Shown here in pieces: positions 13,101 to 25,699 of a stretch of DNA of 64,000 nt. The notes under the pieces are model-generated. The model was not told the DNA's origin. It did not search any database and saw only the letters and a list, made by a program, of their open reading frames with translations. Source of the stretch: Dicyema japonicum (lineage: Eukaryota > Animalia > Dicyemida); contig RDEW01000014.1 of NCBI GenBank assembly GCA_011109175.1, positions 124,001-188,000 on the forward strand, written 5' to 3'. The position numbers and the translations under genes were made by a program. The stretch's first letter is position 1, and each line of letters begins with the position of its first letter.

Positions 13101-15648
13101 AGAGTCTTTGATTGAAAAAGTAAGCTAAAAATACAAGTAGATTCTCTACCTCATCGGGATCAGTCTGAAAGACCACGAGAATACTCTTTCAGACTATAAC
13201 TTTTCAGAGATGCTTGTTTTGTTGCATCCGATATCAGAATATGTGGTGAATTTTGACGAAGTAGTCTCACAGCTTTATTCTTGCATTATAAATGTGCTCA
13301 AAGTTGTTACTTTTGCAGAAATTGAAGAAACTGGCTAATATCACCAGGTGCTGTCTGAATACACATACGCCATAGTCGACAGAAATAGAAGCAAGAGACT
13401 TCGAATTGAGAGAGTATGCCAGATGGAAATGGAGGTCATCAAAACCGTCGGAAAAATGCCTTGGAAAAACTTAAAAAACAGCTTCATGAAGATTGGTCTT
13501 GACTGAAGGTTAATAATCTAGTTCAGAGGAACAAATCGTGGAGAATGTGAATGAAAAAATATGTGTTGTCTGCAAAAATATCTGTCAGCTTACAAGTTTG
13601 CCTCAGAACGATATGTGATTATGCCAGTATTCATCCAAAAGTTGGTTAAGGGATATAAGAACTCGAAGGTCACACGTTCTTCATCAAAGACTGGAGTATA
13701 AATTTAGTCAGTAAAGTGAATTCATGGAATGGGATTTGCCAGTGGGGGTTCATTTATCTACGTGTGGTCACGTGCTTCATCTTGACTGCTTTAAACGATA
13801 TTACTTGTCCAATGATCTGAGTTCATCAAATTTCAAATGTCCCCTCTGTAGTCGACCTTTAATGGCGGTTATTTCAGTCCTTCCGTATTATCTTACTCAT
13901 TTGTCGACAGGGTGAATATTACTTTTCACAAATAGGTTCGAGTATGACACAAATCTGGGATTTTTAGATTTTGTATCTAATCTGGATGAATTCATGCACT
14001 CTGTAGTCGAATTTGAAGGTCATATGTCTCCCAAAAATGTCGAGGATAGCTTGGGAAATTCAATTTGCAAGTCTGTGGTGTTAATATTACGTTGTTTAGC
14101 TTCTTCTGAAATTATGATGAATATTAAAGAGATCTTCGATAACATCATCAATGTAAGCAATCGATAGTGAAAATAGTTTACCAACAAGGACAAATCTAAT
14201 AAGCAGGTTTGTGAGAGCTAATGGAACGGAGAACAGACGATCGCCTATACAATACGATGCTTTGGTTTGTCCGTGTAATTTATTCAAGAAAATTTGATGA
14301 ATTTCGACGGAAATTTCCTTAAGAACAGTGCAAACTTGTATTGGAGAGAGTATGACTGCATTAGCACGTGCATGAAAGCCTACAGTACCTTATTTGGTAT
14401 CATTCCGAGGGAGTTCAGTGTCAAGAAATGTGGCAATTCATTAGCCTGTTGTACTCTGTATTGACAACATTAGTTATTATGGCTCACGGGGACCTTCCTG
14501 AGCATGAGTCCTTTTGCATATTGGATATGGATGCGTTCCATTATCTAGTGGGTCTCGTTCTCTCTCTTTCCGGGATGTCGTGGTTTGACATTAAGCAGAT
14601 AAACCACGTGTTTCGCATTATGTACATTTTTCATATAATCCAGTTGTTCTTAACAAGCGGTATCTTTGAATTGTGATCCTTTTAGGATTGGTTGAATCCA
14701 AAGGTGATGACTTGGAGGGGGAAACTTGTTACCACCGAGTTTTCAGAATAATTGAATCATCCCTTGGGTTTCTGCAGCTTATAATTATTAGTCTTGCCTC
14801 TCCACGTCCACTGGATGTGGTCAAATTTGAGGAATATTTGAAAGACGCCTCCTTTAGTTTTGTCAGATGCTCTGCTATATTTTTTACCATGTTGAATGAT
14901 TTAACTCCGTCCTCGTTTATATCAGGTACCCTTTTCGGTTGATGACAGCTGATTTATGCGGAATTGTTAGCCTGATGAATTACTGTCTTGGTTCATCTTA
15001 TTCCTCGATAATGGAGTTTGTGGAGTCCAGCCTTCCTTCCCTCACTACACTGATAGAGAGGTCTTGTGTCATTTATTAGTGTTAGCTGGTGCTGTCCTGC
15101 TGTCTTGTCTCATTTAAAGGCTTCTGATAAATTTCCTCGGTATCCTCTCTCTACCAGGATGTTGGCACCTTTGAATGAATCGTTTACTGATTTGTACCAT
15201 AACTGTTATCAGAACAGGTTTGGTTTATGTTGACTTTAGATGCAACCATGATAATACGGTGAATGTCAAAAGAGTGTTTATTCCTGCAGTTTGTCTGGTT
15301 TGTGGGAAATTCATTTGTCTCACGTGTGGAAAGTACGTCCTGTTCGAGGGTTTGCACGCAAACTGCAAACTTTCGTCTTGCTTGTTTGTCCTGGAGTTTG
15401 TTCATCAACTAATACTCGTTTAGTGTTAAAAACTGTGTAATAGGGATCATTAAAAAGAACATCAGTTATACTCCTCACTCTTTGTATCTGGATAAGTATG
15501 GGGAAACCGTCATTAACTCTACGTATGACTTGCTCTTATTTTTAGGTACAAGAATGCTCTGACTTTCTCAAGATATAATCACATCAAATTGACGAGATCA
15601 TGGCTGAGCCATTCTATAATTTTTGATTTGAGGACTCCCAGGCTGTAA
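10200..15648 (+). pseudogene. UBR1: UBR1/UBR2-type N-recognin E3 ligase, unprocessed and disrupted; first exon not found
   Basis: UBR box DCAVDVACVWCYDCFFNSEHVNH; ClpS-like INDELH..LVDKR|G; RING-H2 GVHLSTCGHVLHLDC..FKCPLC; C-terminal PAVCLVCGKFIC and LYLDKYGE. Many 22-27 nt introns. Lesions: in-frame TAA at 10576-10578, frameshifts near 11098 and 12828, a non-AG acceptor at 11208, and a degenerate UBR-box second half. Confidence 0.85.
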
Positions 15649-16378
15649 TAATTTTGATTCAACATCCTTTTCTAAATATCACAATTTATGCACTTTCTGT
15701 CATTCTAAGCTTATTTTAGGTTTCAGATTCAATTAAAAATCCAATAACAGTCAAATAGTAATGGACCGATTGTTGACTTTAAAATTGCGTGCTTCGTGCC
15801 ACGTGTAAATTTGGGATCGGCTGCTACAAGATGTGTGATATTGTCACGTGTACTATGAATGGAAATTCATTGGTAGACAGATTCGTCTTTATTCATTCTA
15901 TCGATTAGGAATATGCAGAATCTAAGGTTGAAGGAAATGGGGATGTCGTGATGATTTAAGCAAGTTTAGGCATGAAATTTGAGCAATCATGAAAATAGAT
16001 AATAACCACGAAAAATCCAATTATCACAAATTTATCTATAACGCAGGTGATTTCCCTTTTCTTTAAGCCTCAATTCGACGATTTAACTCGTGAGATCCCA
16101 GACAAGTAATACCAATAAAGACCACTCTCGTGAGATTCCAGACATTCTTGCATCTCTGACTAAGACATCGATCTCTAAAATGGGCACATTTTGTAGGAGG
16201 CCAAAGACGATACGCAGAAGTTAAGCCAATTGCACCAAAGAGTCTTCTTGAACGAATGATGCATCTTCTTTACAGTCAACTCCTTTCCGCTGAGGACGAA
16301 TCAACCGAAAACTTAGTGATGCTCAAATTGTTTTTTTGTAAAAGAAATAAAAAAAAACTAATTTAAGCAAATTAATCA

Positions 16379-17333
16379 TTAAATATTGCTCACTTCACGA
16401 AGATTGCAGGAATTGTAAATGAAAATCGCCAATTTGACGCTCAATCCAAGAGAAGCCAAGATCACAACTCCAATGGCGTAGCGGCCAATAAATTCGTCTG
16501 CTAGCCAAGGTTTAGTGAAATTCGCTTTTTGAAAAATCGATATCATTTCAAAAATTATCATAAAAATCGGTGAATAAAAGTATTTCGTAAATATAAAAGC
16601 CGACAAAGAGTCGATGAAATAGAATAGGACAATAATTCCAACAAAGAGGCTCAACCCAAGAATAGAGGAATTCAAGTTGGTTAGAACATTGTGGGTATAA
16701 GAAAGCAGTATCCCCAGTTGTATGTTAAAGATGAGACTCAACCAAACTGAAGCAAGCGAAAGTCCATTCAAAAGGAGATAAATTACGGTTTTTTGAGAGA
16801 AGGACATTTGTTGGAAACCAGCCTTGTAGAGCATGAGTCCAATCCACGTGTAGGATGAGAGTGTGGCGAGTGAAATAGCAACCATTGATTCGTGGATTTT
16901 GGACGTTGTGAAGAACACAATCGAGGCTACAATGGTTACAAAGGGAAACCCCAGACTGAAATGCTGTGAATGCAGTAAGTCACGTGGATGGGAATTGAGT
17001 TAATATCGAGGATCAGAGAATTAAAAAGGTTGCCTTTTTTCCTGCATAAAACAGAAACGAATATCAAAATAAACCAGACAAACTAAAATAACAATTCAGG
17101 GACCTGAAAGGCATAAATGACAATCCAAGAGGCAGTGAAGGTAATAGGGGGAGGAGTTATAAACAAATCATACTGAGTGTACGAATTTTGCAAGTTTTTG
17201 TGCCCAAATTGACCTGTTGCTAACTTTAAGGACCCGAACCTTGAATTTCAACGTAAGATAGGATAACATTGATTAAAAAGTTCACGAAACTAAAAATGTA
17301 GACCGAGACTTTGAATATGAAGATGCTAGCCAT
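16379..17333 (-). CDS. Multi-pass membrane protein with a TspO/MBR-like N-terminal motif; 3 micro-introns
   Basis: Open spliced frame from MASIFIFKV through YDLFITPPPITFTASWIVIYAFQ (Y...TPAG.TF.IWG.IY-like) to EVSNI*. Introns of 20 (or 26), 21 and 23 nt. Confidence 0.7.
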
Positions 17334-17979
17334 TGTATTTAAGTAGCGTAGAAAAATCTTATAAGCCATGGAAACCGCGAAAATAAAAAATCTATTTTAT
17401 CAAAAAACTAAGAACTTACGTCCTAGAATGTGCATCCTCATTTTACATTAACTCGTTCTGGTTTGGGGGATGCATTTCATATACTTTCCGATGATCAACA
17501 GAGAACTAGGAAATAGTGTCTAGGCGAAGTAAAAGTACTTGTCAATCAATGCATTAACAAAGAGTAAGTCTCAATGGCCTCTATTCTGCATGGGTTGATG
17601 GGAAGAAGGGATCAAAATGACGCCTTTTACTCTGTGGAACAAGAATTTTATCCACATTGGATTGTCTCCGAATTCCCTTCTGGATAATTAACCTGTCGAA
17701 AGTAAAGTCGAGGCTGTGACCAAGAAAATGCTGACCTTGTTAAGTTTGATCATATAAGGGTGATAATCGAATATACTATCGGTTACTGATGCTCCACCTG
17801 GGGACCGAACCTAGGAGGAACACACCTAAAGAAGGTCATGTACTTACAGTTCTTAGTTACTGGAACTCTAAGAAGAAAGATCATACTCCCTTTGAAATTC
17901 TAATTAAAAGGACTGACGCGCTGTTCATCTCTTGTCTAATTAGAGAGTGCGTGGGATCATCTCGGATGGACTGAATTAT

Positions 17980-18910
17980 TCAAAACCACATGAAAGAACT
18001 GTATTAGTCTTTCTGGACATCGAAAAAGGTTTGATTCCGTACCGAGGAGACCATAATATCTAAATTTTCGCCGCCACTATCCAACTGAAGATCCGGATGT
18101 TGCTTACTAATTTCATAGTGTCAGAAGAGGCCAAGCTGTAATTAACAATCGAAAATCAAAACTACTATACATCCCAACGGAGTCCCTCAAGGATCCCCAC
18201 TATCGCCGGCACTATTCAATCTATTTACATATGACCTTTCAACTCTAAACTCTCAAAACACCGTCCTTTTGGCTTATGCTGACGATCTCATTGTGGCAGC
18301 GAGACACCGTGATCAAATAGAGGCTACGTTGAGAGTTCAAGAGACCCTCGACAATATGAATCCAAGGTTTTTCAAGAACCGAAGAATATCCCCTGGGACG
18401 TCGAACATTTCGGTTATATCTTCCTACAGGAAATATCGTCGCTCGATCCTAAATTAACTTATCCAAGTTAGAAGAACCCCTTCATCCTTGGAGTTACATT
18501 CGACCCTCTGATGACATTTACACATCATTGGAGATATTCCAAAAAAATGGGGATCATCAAGACCTTTGCTAGATTCACAATATCCACACAAAACAAACAA
18601 GTCATGCAGAACCTATGCCTGCGATTCGTACTTAAATGTAACAGAATGACATCCACCCCATCGATGAGGAATACACTAAATGTCACAAAGTGATGGACAG
18701 ACAGCACAACTTCCTAAAAATAGTGAGATCTTCTGGAAACCCCATTGAAGAAGAGAATCTTGCCTACCAGAAGTATGCTCGCAAATTTGAATGCAAATCT
18801 TCTCCATTTTGGACACTCTTGAAAGATTCCAGACAAAGCCGGAACAGAGGAAGATGCACTGACACCGGGATCACCTAATTAAGACGATATTTTTTCCTCT
18901 TGTTTTCCCG
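17980..18910 (+). mobile_element. Degraded LINE RT and 3' end (..GIT* family)
   Basis: LVFLDIEK/FDSVPR, NGVPQGSPLSPALFNL, LAYADD, terminal TGIT*. Confidence 0.8.
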
Positions 18911-18914
18911 CGGT

Positions 18915-19394
18915 AATAATAATGGAAGAAATTCAAAGAAGAACGTCTGCTTATGCCGACCGAATCCACCTTCCAATAGTCCACTACAGGCTTCCGCTAC
19001 CGTAGAAAAGTGGATAAGTATGTCCGCCTCTTCCATTTTCTTCAGACGTCCTACCGTCGCGGACTCACTTCATTTTTAAAGGATGGTAATCTTCACCAGT
19101 AGAATTGGTAAGGGGGAATGTAGGAAGATCCCTTTCAAAAACTATGTTGTGGCAGAAGGACTCGTCCCCTTATGAATGGGATCTGTTTGACGAGAATTGA
19201 CCTTCACTGAAAACTCCATCTTTGGATTCGAACCCACAACTGTATTATCCGATGTCATCAGACGTTGTGGCAGAAGGACTCGTCCCTTATGAATGGGATC
19301 TGTTTGACGAGAATTGACCTTACTGAAAACTCCATCTTTGGATTCGAACCCACAACTGTATTATCCGATGTCATCCCGTTCAACCAAGAAGGAC
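18915..19394 (-). mobile_element. Putative second tRNA-derived SINE family with an internal tandem duplication
   Basis: Minus strand: A-box-like TGGTTGAACGG and B-box GGTTCGAATCC. The body at 18930-19110 is homologous to the TSD-flanked insertion at 52540-52796. Confidence 0.45.
19146..19375. repeat. Near-perfect tandem repeat of about 113 bp (19146-19259, 19264-19375)
   Basis: Direct comparison; the copies differ by two single-base deletions. Confidence 0.9.
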
Positions 19395-19910
19395 GTTTCT
19401 CTAATATGTATGGAGAAACCAAACGAGTCTAATGTAAGTGCTAGACAAGCATCGCCTGTCCGAGACAGAATACGAGAATTATGAGTTAATCATTAAGAAT
19501 CATATTAACTATCTCTTAGACGTGAAGCAAGGAACATTTGTGTATCTGCCCATTATTATTCATCAGCTTTTCCTTAAAGAAAGAAATAAAAATTACAGGA
19601 ATATCATCATTTGCTAAGGGGGAAGTGAAAACAAACTAAAAAAAGTGAATTTAGTATTTTGATAATGAAGTTATTATAAATTAGATAAAACTACAGTTGG
19701 CCGAGTGCTTAATTGGTTGGGAAGTTAAGGTGGTTACGTGGCTCTATTAACTTTGTAATGTAAGAATTGTCTTCCTTCTCTTAAGCATGGACGAGGTAAC
19801 AGACAAAGGGTAAATAGGAAACCTTAAGTTCCCAGCAAGGAAATGTCGGATGTCATCTGTATAGTAATAGTTAGCATGATTATGTGAAAAAATCAGTAAA
19901 AATGAAAAAA

Positions 19911-21174
19911 TTATGTATGAATGTTAACAGAACGTCTAGAAAGTCCTAAAATGGTTGAATGAATGTCAGTTTCGCTGATAAAAGTCATAGGGAAACGCCT
20001 GGAGACGACCTCACATTCCCCCGATCCCACTACTCCGCAAATAAGCTCAAATTCACAACCTGTAGGACTAAAGACTTGCACCGACAGCTTGACAGTCTCA
20101 TACAAAACATAAGCTGGTATCTTGTAGTATTGAGCCATAAGCAGGATAATCGAGGACCCACATCCAGCCCTAATGGCACCATCAGCATACACCGTCTCGG
20201 CCCCTATCAGAACCAAATCAACCTAAAATTTTACAAAACTTCAACATCGGGCAAAATCGTAGCTATCCCACCCAGATTCGCATAATAGGCAGTGATCCCC
20301 TGTTTTTTCAGCCTCTCCATAACAAATGTCGCCTTCCCCTTATTTTGAGAGCATTCGATTAGGTAAACCACAAAGTCATCTGGAGGATACTCCCAATCAG
20401 TGAGAGCTGCCACCACACTCATAGTACTAGAATTACTAACAGCACAAACTAGCTAAAAACTGCGACAGATTTGGCTCCTCTGAGTTTGAGGACTCGTTTT
20501 GTGAGGAGACCGACGAACTCGACAGCATTAACCAGTCTTTTTCTTCTAAAACCCTCCAGTGCCTAATAATGATCGAAATGAGACACTACCTCCAGCAGAA
20601 ACTCTTTGTTGGTGGAAAGGGGGATGCAGGACTTCAAATAGTCCATGAAGCTGTCCCCGTCCGTTGGTATAGTAATTTTTGAAGAACAGCTCGTGATAAA
20701 CGTATCGACGACAGTCAAAACTTCATCCATTGAGTCATAGTCACTCAGTAACTGAAAATCAGAATTTCGGGGACTTGTTCAAAGAATCTATCGTAGCCAA
20801 GGTCAAACACGTGGAATCCATAAAATGTCCGCCTGTCCACATCACTGAAAGGCGCTCAACCTCGAAGGTAATTGCGGAGGAAACCTCATCCTCATGAGGT
20901 GCTCTAAAATTAAACTTATTAAATTCTACCCTAAATTTTTATTTTCAATGATTTCATTATTTTTTACTTTATTTTGAATATCCTTATTTAAATTTTTGTT
21001 TCCTTTGGCTTCTTTCTTGGCTTGTTTATTCGCTCTTTGTAGTTCCTATAAAATTATAATTTCCATTTGCCTGTTTTTCACGCCTTTCTGCCTTTATTTC
21101 AGCTCTCGTCTTAGTCTTATTAACCTTTGAATTTTCTATTTATATCAATGCACCACAATACAACCATCATGCAT
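19911..21174 (-). CDS. EIF2B4: Translation initiation factor eIF2B delta subunit (divergent)
   Basis: KTRAEIKAERREKQ|ELQRANK N-terminal motif; ITFEVERLSVMWTGG aligns with IHPA..RLG.QY..G; C-terminal VDLVLIGAETVYADG..GSSIILLMAQYYKIPAYVLYETVKLS. Seven short introns, one of them GC-AG (21046-21070). Confidence 0.8.
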
Positions 21175-21291
21175 TATTTGTAATTTTAAATTTAAAATAT
21201 AATATTAATTTTAGTTAACAAAAATATAATTATAAAATTTTTTTTTATAAAAGTACATTCGAGATAATTTATTGTTTACTAATTTCGTGTA

Positions 21292-21581
21292 GCCGGGTGG
21301 CATAGTGGTTAGGTGTCGGGCTAAAGTGACTTAGGTTACGGGTTCTATTCTCGCTGCTGTTCACCTGGTGGAAGGTACCACGCATCTACGATGCTAAAAA
21401 GGCTTGACTCCGTCATCAGTGGACTCTCACTGCGGAACTGGATTGTCTAGAAAGGACCCACACACAAGAAATAGAAAGTAGAAGTGAAGATCATTCCTTG
21501 GTTCTAAAATAAAGTGTGTGTCCTGTCTATGCGGAGCTAATACCACGGCTCCTTGAAAAAGGCTGTTATTATTATTATTAT
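21292..21581 (+). mobile_element. tRNA-derived SINE, family 1, full length
   Basis: A box TGGCATAGTGG, B box GGTTCTATTCTC, structured body shared with 34630, 35172/38363 and 48855, (TTA)n tail, flanking taattt(c/t)gtgta duplication. Confidence 0.8.
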
Positions 21582-21642
21582 TAATTTTGTGTACAAAAAA
21601 CCTGGTCAATATTAAAAGAAAAAATAATAATAATTTCGTGTA

Positions 21643-22589
21643 TTCGGAAATCAGAAATCCAGAGTATTCGGAACAAACAAGGGCACCCCCCAAGGAGATG
21701 CCCTATCCCCGGTCTTATTCATCGCATATTTGGAGGCAACCCTACGAGAGGCCAAGAATAATATCTCCAGACATATAACGGAAGTCATCTTCGCAGATGA
21801 AATAGACCTCACAGTAACAGACCACCAATTAGAAGGTATCATCGACAAATTGGCCAAAACATTTGAAAAATCATTCCTAAAAATTAACACCGAGAAAACA
21901 GAATATACTATAATAGTAAGGCGATGCAAACAACAACACGAAAAAATGGAGGCATACGAAGAAACTTGGCACTCTCTTAGAGATACAGAAGACATACTAC
22001 GAAGAAAATCATGAGCAGCCTTCGCTCTTAAAAGAATAAACAACGTCTGGTTACGAGGAAAACAAATTTCTGCCTCTTTAAAAATCAAATTATACAATAT
22101 GTTCGTAAAACCGGTTTTACTGTACAACTCTTCTACCTGGGTACTCACAACGCCTGAAATGGAAAGTCTGAACTCCTTTCATAGAATGCAGCTCAAATAC
22201 ATTCTAAGAATTTCCTGGCCAAAGCTAACCTCTATTCCCATTACAATATCCACCATTGGACGGAGAAATAAGAAGTAACAGATGGGGCTATTTGGTCACA
22301 TCTTAAGTATGGACAGGACTTCTCCCGCTATCTCGCGATGGAACACCACTATGCTCCTCATCCGTGATCGACTTTTCGGGGAAGACCACGAATTACTCTA
22401 CCAACCCATCTACATCAAGACCTAACTTCGATTGGGAAAGAGTTGACGTCGGCAGATGATCTTGAGTACCTGAGGGACCTATCGAGGAACAGAGAAAACT
22501 GGAAGCGATTAACAAAACGCATCCAGGAGAGAATGGCACAAGCGAGATACATTCACTAACGTTGTTTTGCGGTGTGCTTATTAATAATA
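21643..22589 (+). mobile_element. 5'-truncated RTE-clade LINE
   Basis: GAPQGDALSPVLFIAYLE, IFAD, KIKLYNMFVKPVLLYNSSTW, FRGRPRITLP; ends gtgcttattaataataa. Confidence 0.85.
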
Positions 22590-22789
22590 ACTAATTTCGT
22601 TCCAAATGCCAGTATGGCACTAATAGGGGATCAGCTTTGCCTACTATATTCCTTATAGGAGTCCTCACGGTTGCAGGAACTTTACATTTTCTTTCCTTTT
22701 TTTCTGATTTTAGAGAACTATTTTGTTCTAAGGGATTTCTCTTTCGGCTTTCAATGAATTAATTACATTGCTACCAAAGTCCGATTCCC

Positions 22790-23320
22790 AAGACTTTCAA
22801 TAATATTGACGGATATCTTCCACCTTTGAGTTCCTGCTCTTCCAGTTCTCCCAGATTGACTTCTTTCACTAAAGGATGTGATTATCTGTGGTGACTTCAA
22901 TGCGAAGCACCCATTGTGGTTGACAGGACAAGCCTATGACAAAAAAGGGAAGATGCTAATTGAGGACTTTCACAGACTCTGCATATTTAACGATTCGGCT
23001 TTCCATGCAAGAAGACCTACTCGACGTAACAATAAACCTTCATCCATTGACATCTCACTATCACCACCGTCTTTAACCCTCTTATTGACTGGTCAGTGAA
23101 ATATGACACCTGGAGTGACCACAGTCCAATATTTTTGGAGGTCAAACGAGCTCACGGATAAAAGGAGAGTGTCCTACGACAATTAATTACAGCCTTGCGA
23201 ACTGGAGAGGATTCAAGGATTACGTCGATAATTGCATTGGACTATTAAATTTCCCCACTCCTCCCTTCGTCGAACAATAAGTGAAATAGTTCACCTCCAC
23301 CATATACGCTGCGAAAAGGA
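22790..23320 (+). mobile_element. LINE apurinic endonuclease (APE) fragment
   Basis: IICGDFNAKHPLW, PSSIDISL and WSDHSPI motifs. Confidence 0.8.
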
Positions 23321-23399
23321 ATTACAGTAAACTATCTTAAATTTGCCAATTCTCAGATTTGCCAAAATTTTTTAAAGTCTTTAAAAAATTGCTAAAAAT

Positions 23400-24040
23400 T
23401 AAAACAATAAAATTTTATTCGAGTAACTCGTTGTGATTCTAAAAATGCTACAAAAATAATTCAGCCAATGGATTTGGGAATTATTAAAACATTCAAAGTC
23501 CACTTTAATTGACACAAATTGGAGTATCTTACTAGATTATTGGAAAAAGAAAACATGTCAATTTATGAATCATATAAAAATTTGAACCGTAAAGACACTT
23601 CTATTTATAAAAATTCCCTGAGAAGATGTATCCCTTAAAACAATCAAAATTGTTTTAAAATTCTACAAAAAATTGGGTACTAGCACACCTTCATTAAATG
23701 TGAACATGATTCAAGAAATACTATCAAAGACGGATATTCACGATCCGATTGAAATCGCAGAATTCATCTGAAAAAATGCAATAGATGAGGAAGAAATAAC
23801 ATTATTATTTGATGATAATGAGATACTCATCCACGAAGAAACTACTGAAGTGAAACCTCTAAACAAAAATGAAATGCATCCAAGTTAAGCGAAATTGAAA
23901 AGGATTTTCTTGAGAACGTTGAAAACAAAGAGGATGTCGTCTTTATAACATCTGTTAGAAGATTTAAAGCAAATATTCGAAATATCAAAAGAAGCAAATG
24001 GGAATTGAATTTTATTTTTATAGAATTTAATAGTTTATTC
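23400..24040 (+). mobile_element. pogo/Tigger (DDE_1) transposase remnant
   Basis: NATKIIQPMDLGIIKTFKVHF followed by an acidic C-terminal region. Confidence 0.7.
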
Positions 24041-24049
24041 TTTAAAGCG

Positions 24050-24490
24050 ATCAACGGAATTGTTAAACGAGCCCTGGAGTCTACTGGATACCCCTCCATA
24101 CTTGAACCTATTGGCTTGGACAGAAGAGACAGAAAACGGACTTACGAAATCACAATTTTCCCATTCGAGGAGGGGAAACCTTTAGTATGGGATGCTACTT
24201 GTATCGACCCCCTTGCCCATCCAACATTGTCGGGAGCGCGGTAGACACACTATATTCCACAGAAAAAACGACGAGGGCAAAGGAGAAGAAATACGAAACC
24301 CTACGAGACCAATTCATGTTATACCCCATTGTTGTGAAACAACTGGAGGAATAAGTGGGAAATCGATTCGTTTCCTAAAGAAACTTGTACGCCTAGCTAC
24401 GTTAAAAAGCCACAACGCACGTGAGACCAGGTGGCTATTCCAGCTGATCTCTGTTGCAATCGTAAGAGGCAACGTCGATAATGTCGGCGG
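24050..24490 (+). mobile_element. CRE-like restriction-like endonuclease 3' fragment
   Basis: IVKRALESTGYPSILEPIGLDRRDRKR..PFEEGKPLVWDATC; ETTGG..WLFQLISVAIVRGN. Confidence 0.8.
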
Positions 24491-24509
24491 AGACCACGAT
24501 TTTTATTTA

Positions 24510-25560
24510 TTTATTTTAATAACCCCGGGAACACCGAGAAAGAAAGAAAAAGAGTCAAACAGTTAGGTGATCCCAGTCCTCGCAATCACTTGTGCCATTC
24601 GACGTCTGTGATCTTCCATCGTCCCCACTACTTTCCGGAAGAGCCTTCTCTCGGTCTTGCAGAGGAATCCGATCGGGGAGGGAATTTCTTATCCAATCGG
24701 TTTTCTCTTGCCATGGGAAGGATCAGGCGAAGTGGATTTTCATCTTCCTCACAGACGCGAAGAAATCCGGAGCCACGACTACGGATCTTAGCTTCCATGA
24801 GTAGTGGGTCGACTGTTGATCCATTACGTGGGCAAAGCATACTGATTGTTTTCCGGTATATCGAGTTGATTCTTTGGACCATGGACTCCGATAGCCCGAA
24901 TCTCCATGCAACGGAGGCATACTCAATGGCAGGCGCGATTGTTTGTTGGTAGAGGTAGAAACGGAAAAGTCCATGTTCCTCGTGGTCCTCCGAACAAGGG
25001 CGCGTATAACGTTAACTTTCTGGAGGCCCTTGGTGATCATGTCTGTTGCGTGGGAGTTGAAATTGAGAAGGCTGTCGTACTTGACTCCAAGGACAGTGGG
25101 GGACTTGTCACTGGAATCCGAGTGGGATCAATGAAAAGACTCGGTTCATCCTTGGAACGACGGTCCGACGTGAATGTGGAACAGATAGACTTGGTTGCAG
25201 AAATCGTTAGTCGATTGCCAACAATCCAATCGTGGAGAATGTTCAATTTTGTCTGAGTTTTAAGGGATGCGACTTGCGTCGAGCGGTTCCGTATTGCAAT
25301 GACTACATCGTCTGCGTAGGATAATAGCAGATAATCTTCGTCTCCATCATTAGGTAGGTCGTGTAGGAATAGGTTGAATAGAATTGGTGAAAGTGGAGAC
25401 CCCTGGGGTACCTCGTTCGGTATTAATCGTGATCTAGATCTGAGATCACCACTGACTACTCTTCCACGTCTTCCAGACAAAAAGTTGGCCAGCCATAATT
25501 TCACATTCGGACGAATATTAGTAGAAAATATTTTTCCAACCAGATTTTCCTCCTCGACGA
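24510..25560 (-). mobile_element. LINE RT and 3' end (..GIT* family)
   Basis: WLANFLSGRRGRV, VPQGSPLSPILFNLF, SYADD; terminal VVGTMEDHRRRMAQVIARTGIT* and ggtgttcccggggttattaaaataa. Confidence 0.85.
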
Positions 25561-25699
25561 TTTTTTTGTTAATTAATTGATTAATAATGTTTAATAAATT
25601 GTTATATTCTTTTAAATAAATTTTGTTTTCGTAATAAAATCAAATTTAGTTTTTTTTATCGACGAGAAATTTCCCAATTACTATTTTAAAATTATTGAT

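Noticed and set aside
16288-16312. Hammerhead-like CTGAGGA..GAAA
   Set aside because: Stem II cannot form and no matching stems I and III were found.
19046-19070. Hammerhead-like TGA-GTCC..GGAC-G in the SINE-2 body
   Set aside because: Lacks the CUGANGA and GAAA core in both copies.
19146-19375. CRISPR-like or regularly spaced repeat array
   Set aside because: Only two tandem copies without spacers, in a eukaryotic context. An assembly overlap artefact is also possible.
21291-21360. Functional tRNA gene (also about 19325-19394)
   Set aside because: A and B boxes are present, but acceptor, T and anticodon stems are incomplete and the head continues into a repeated body, which fits a SINE.
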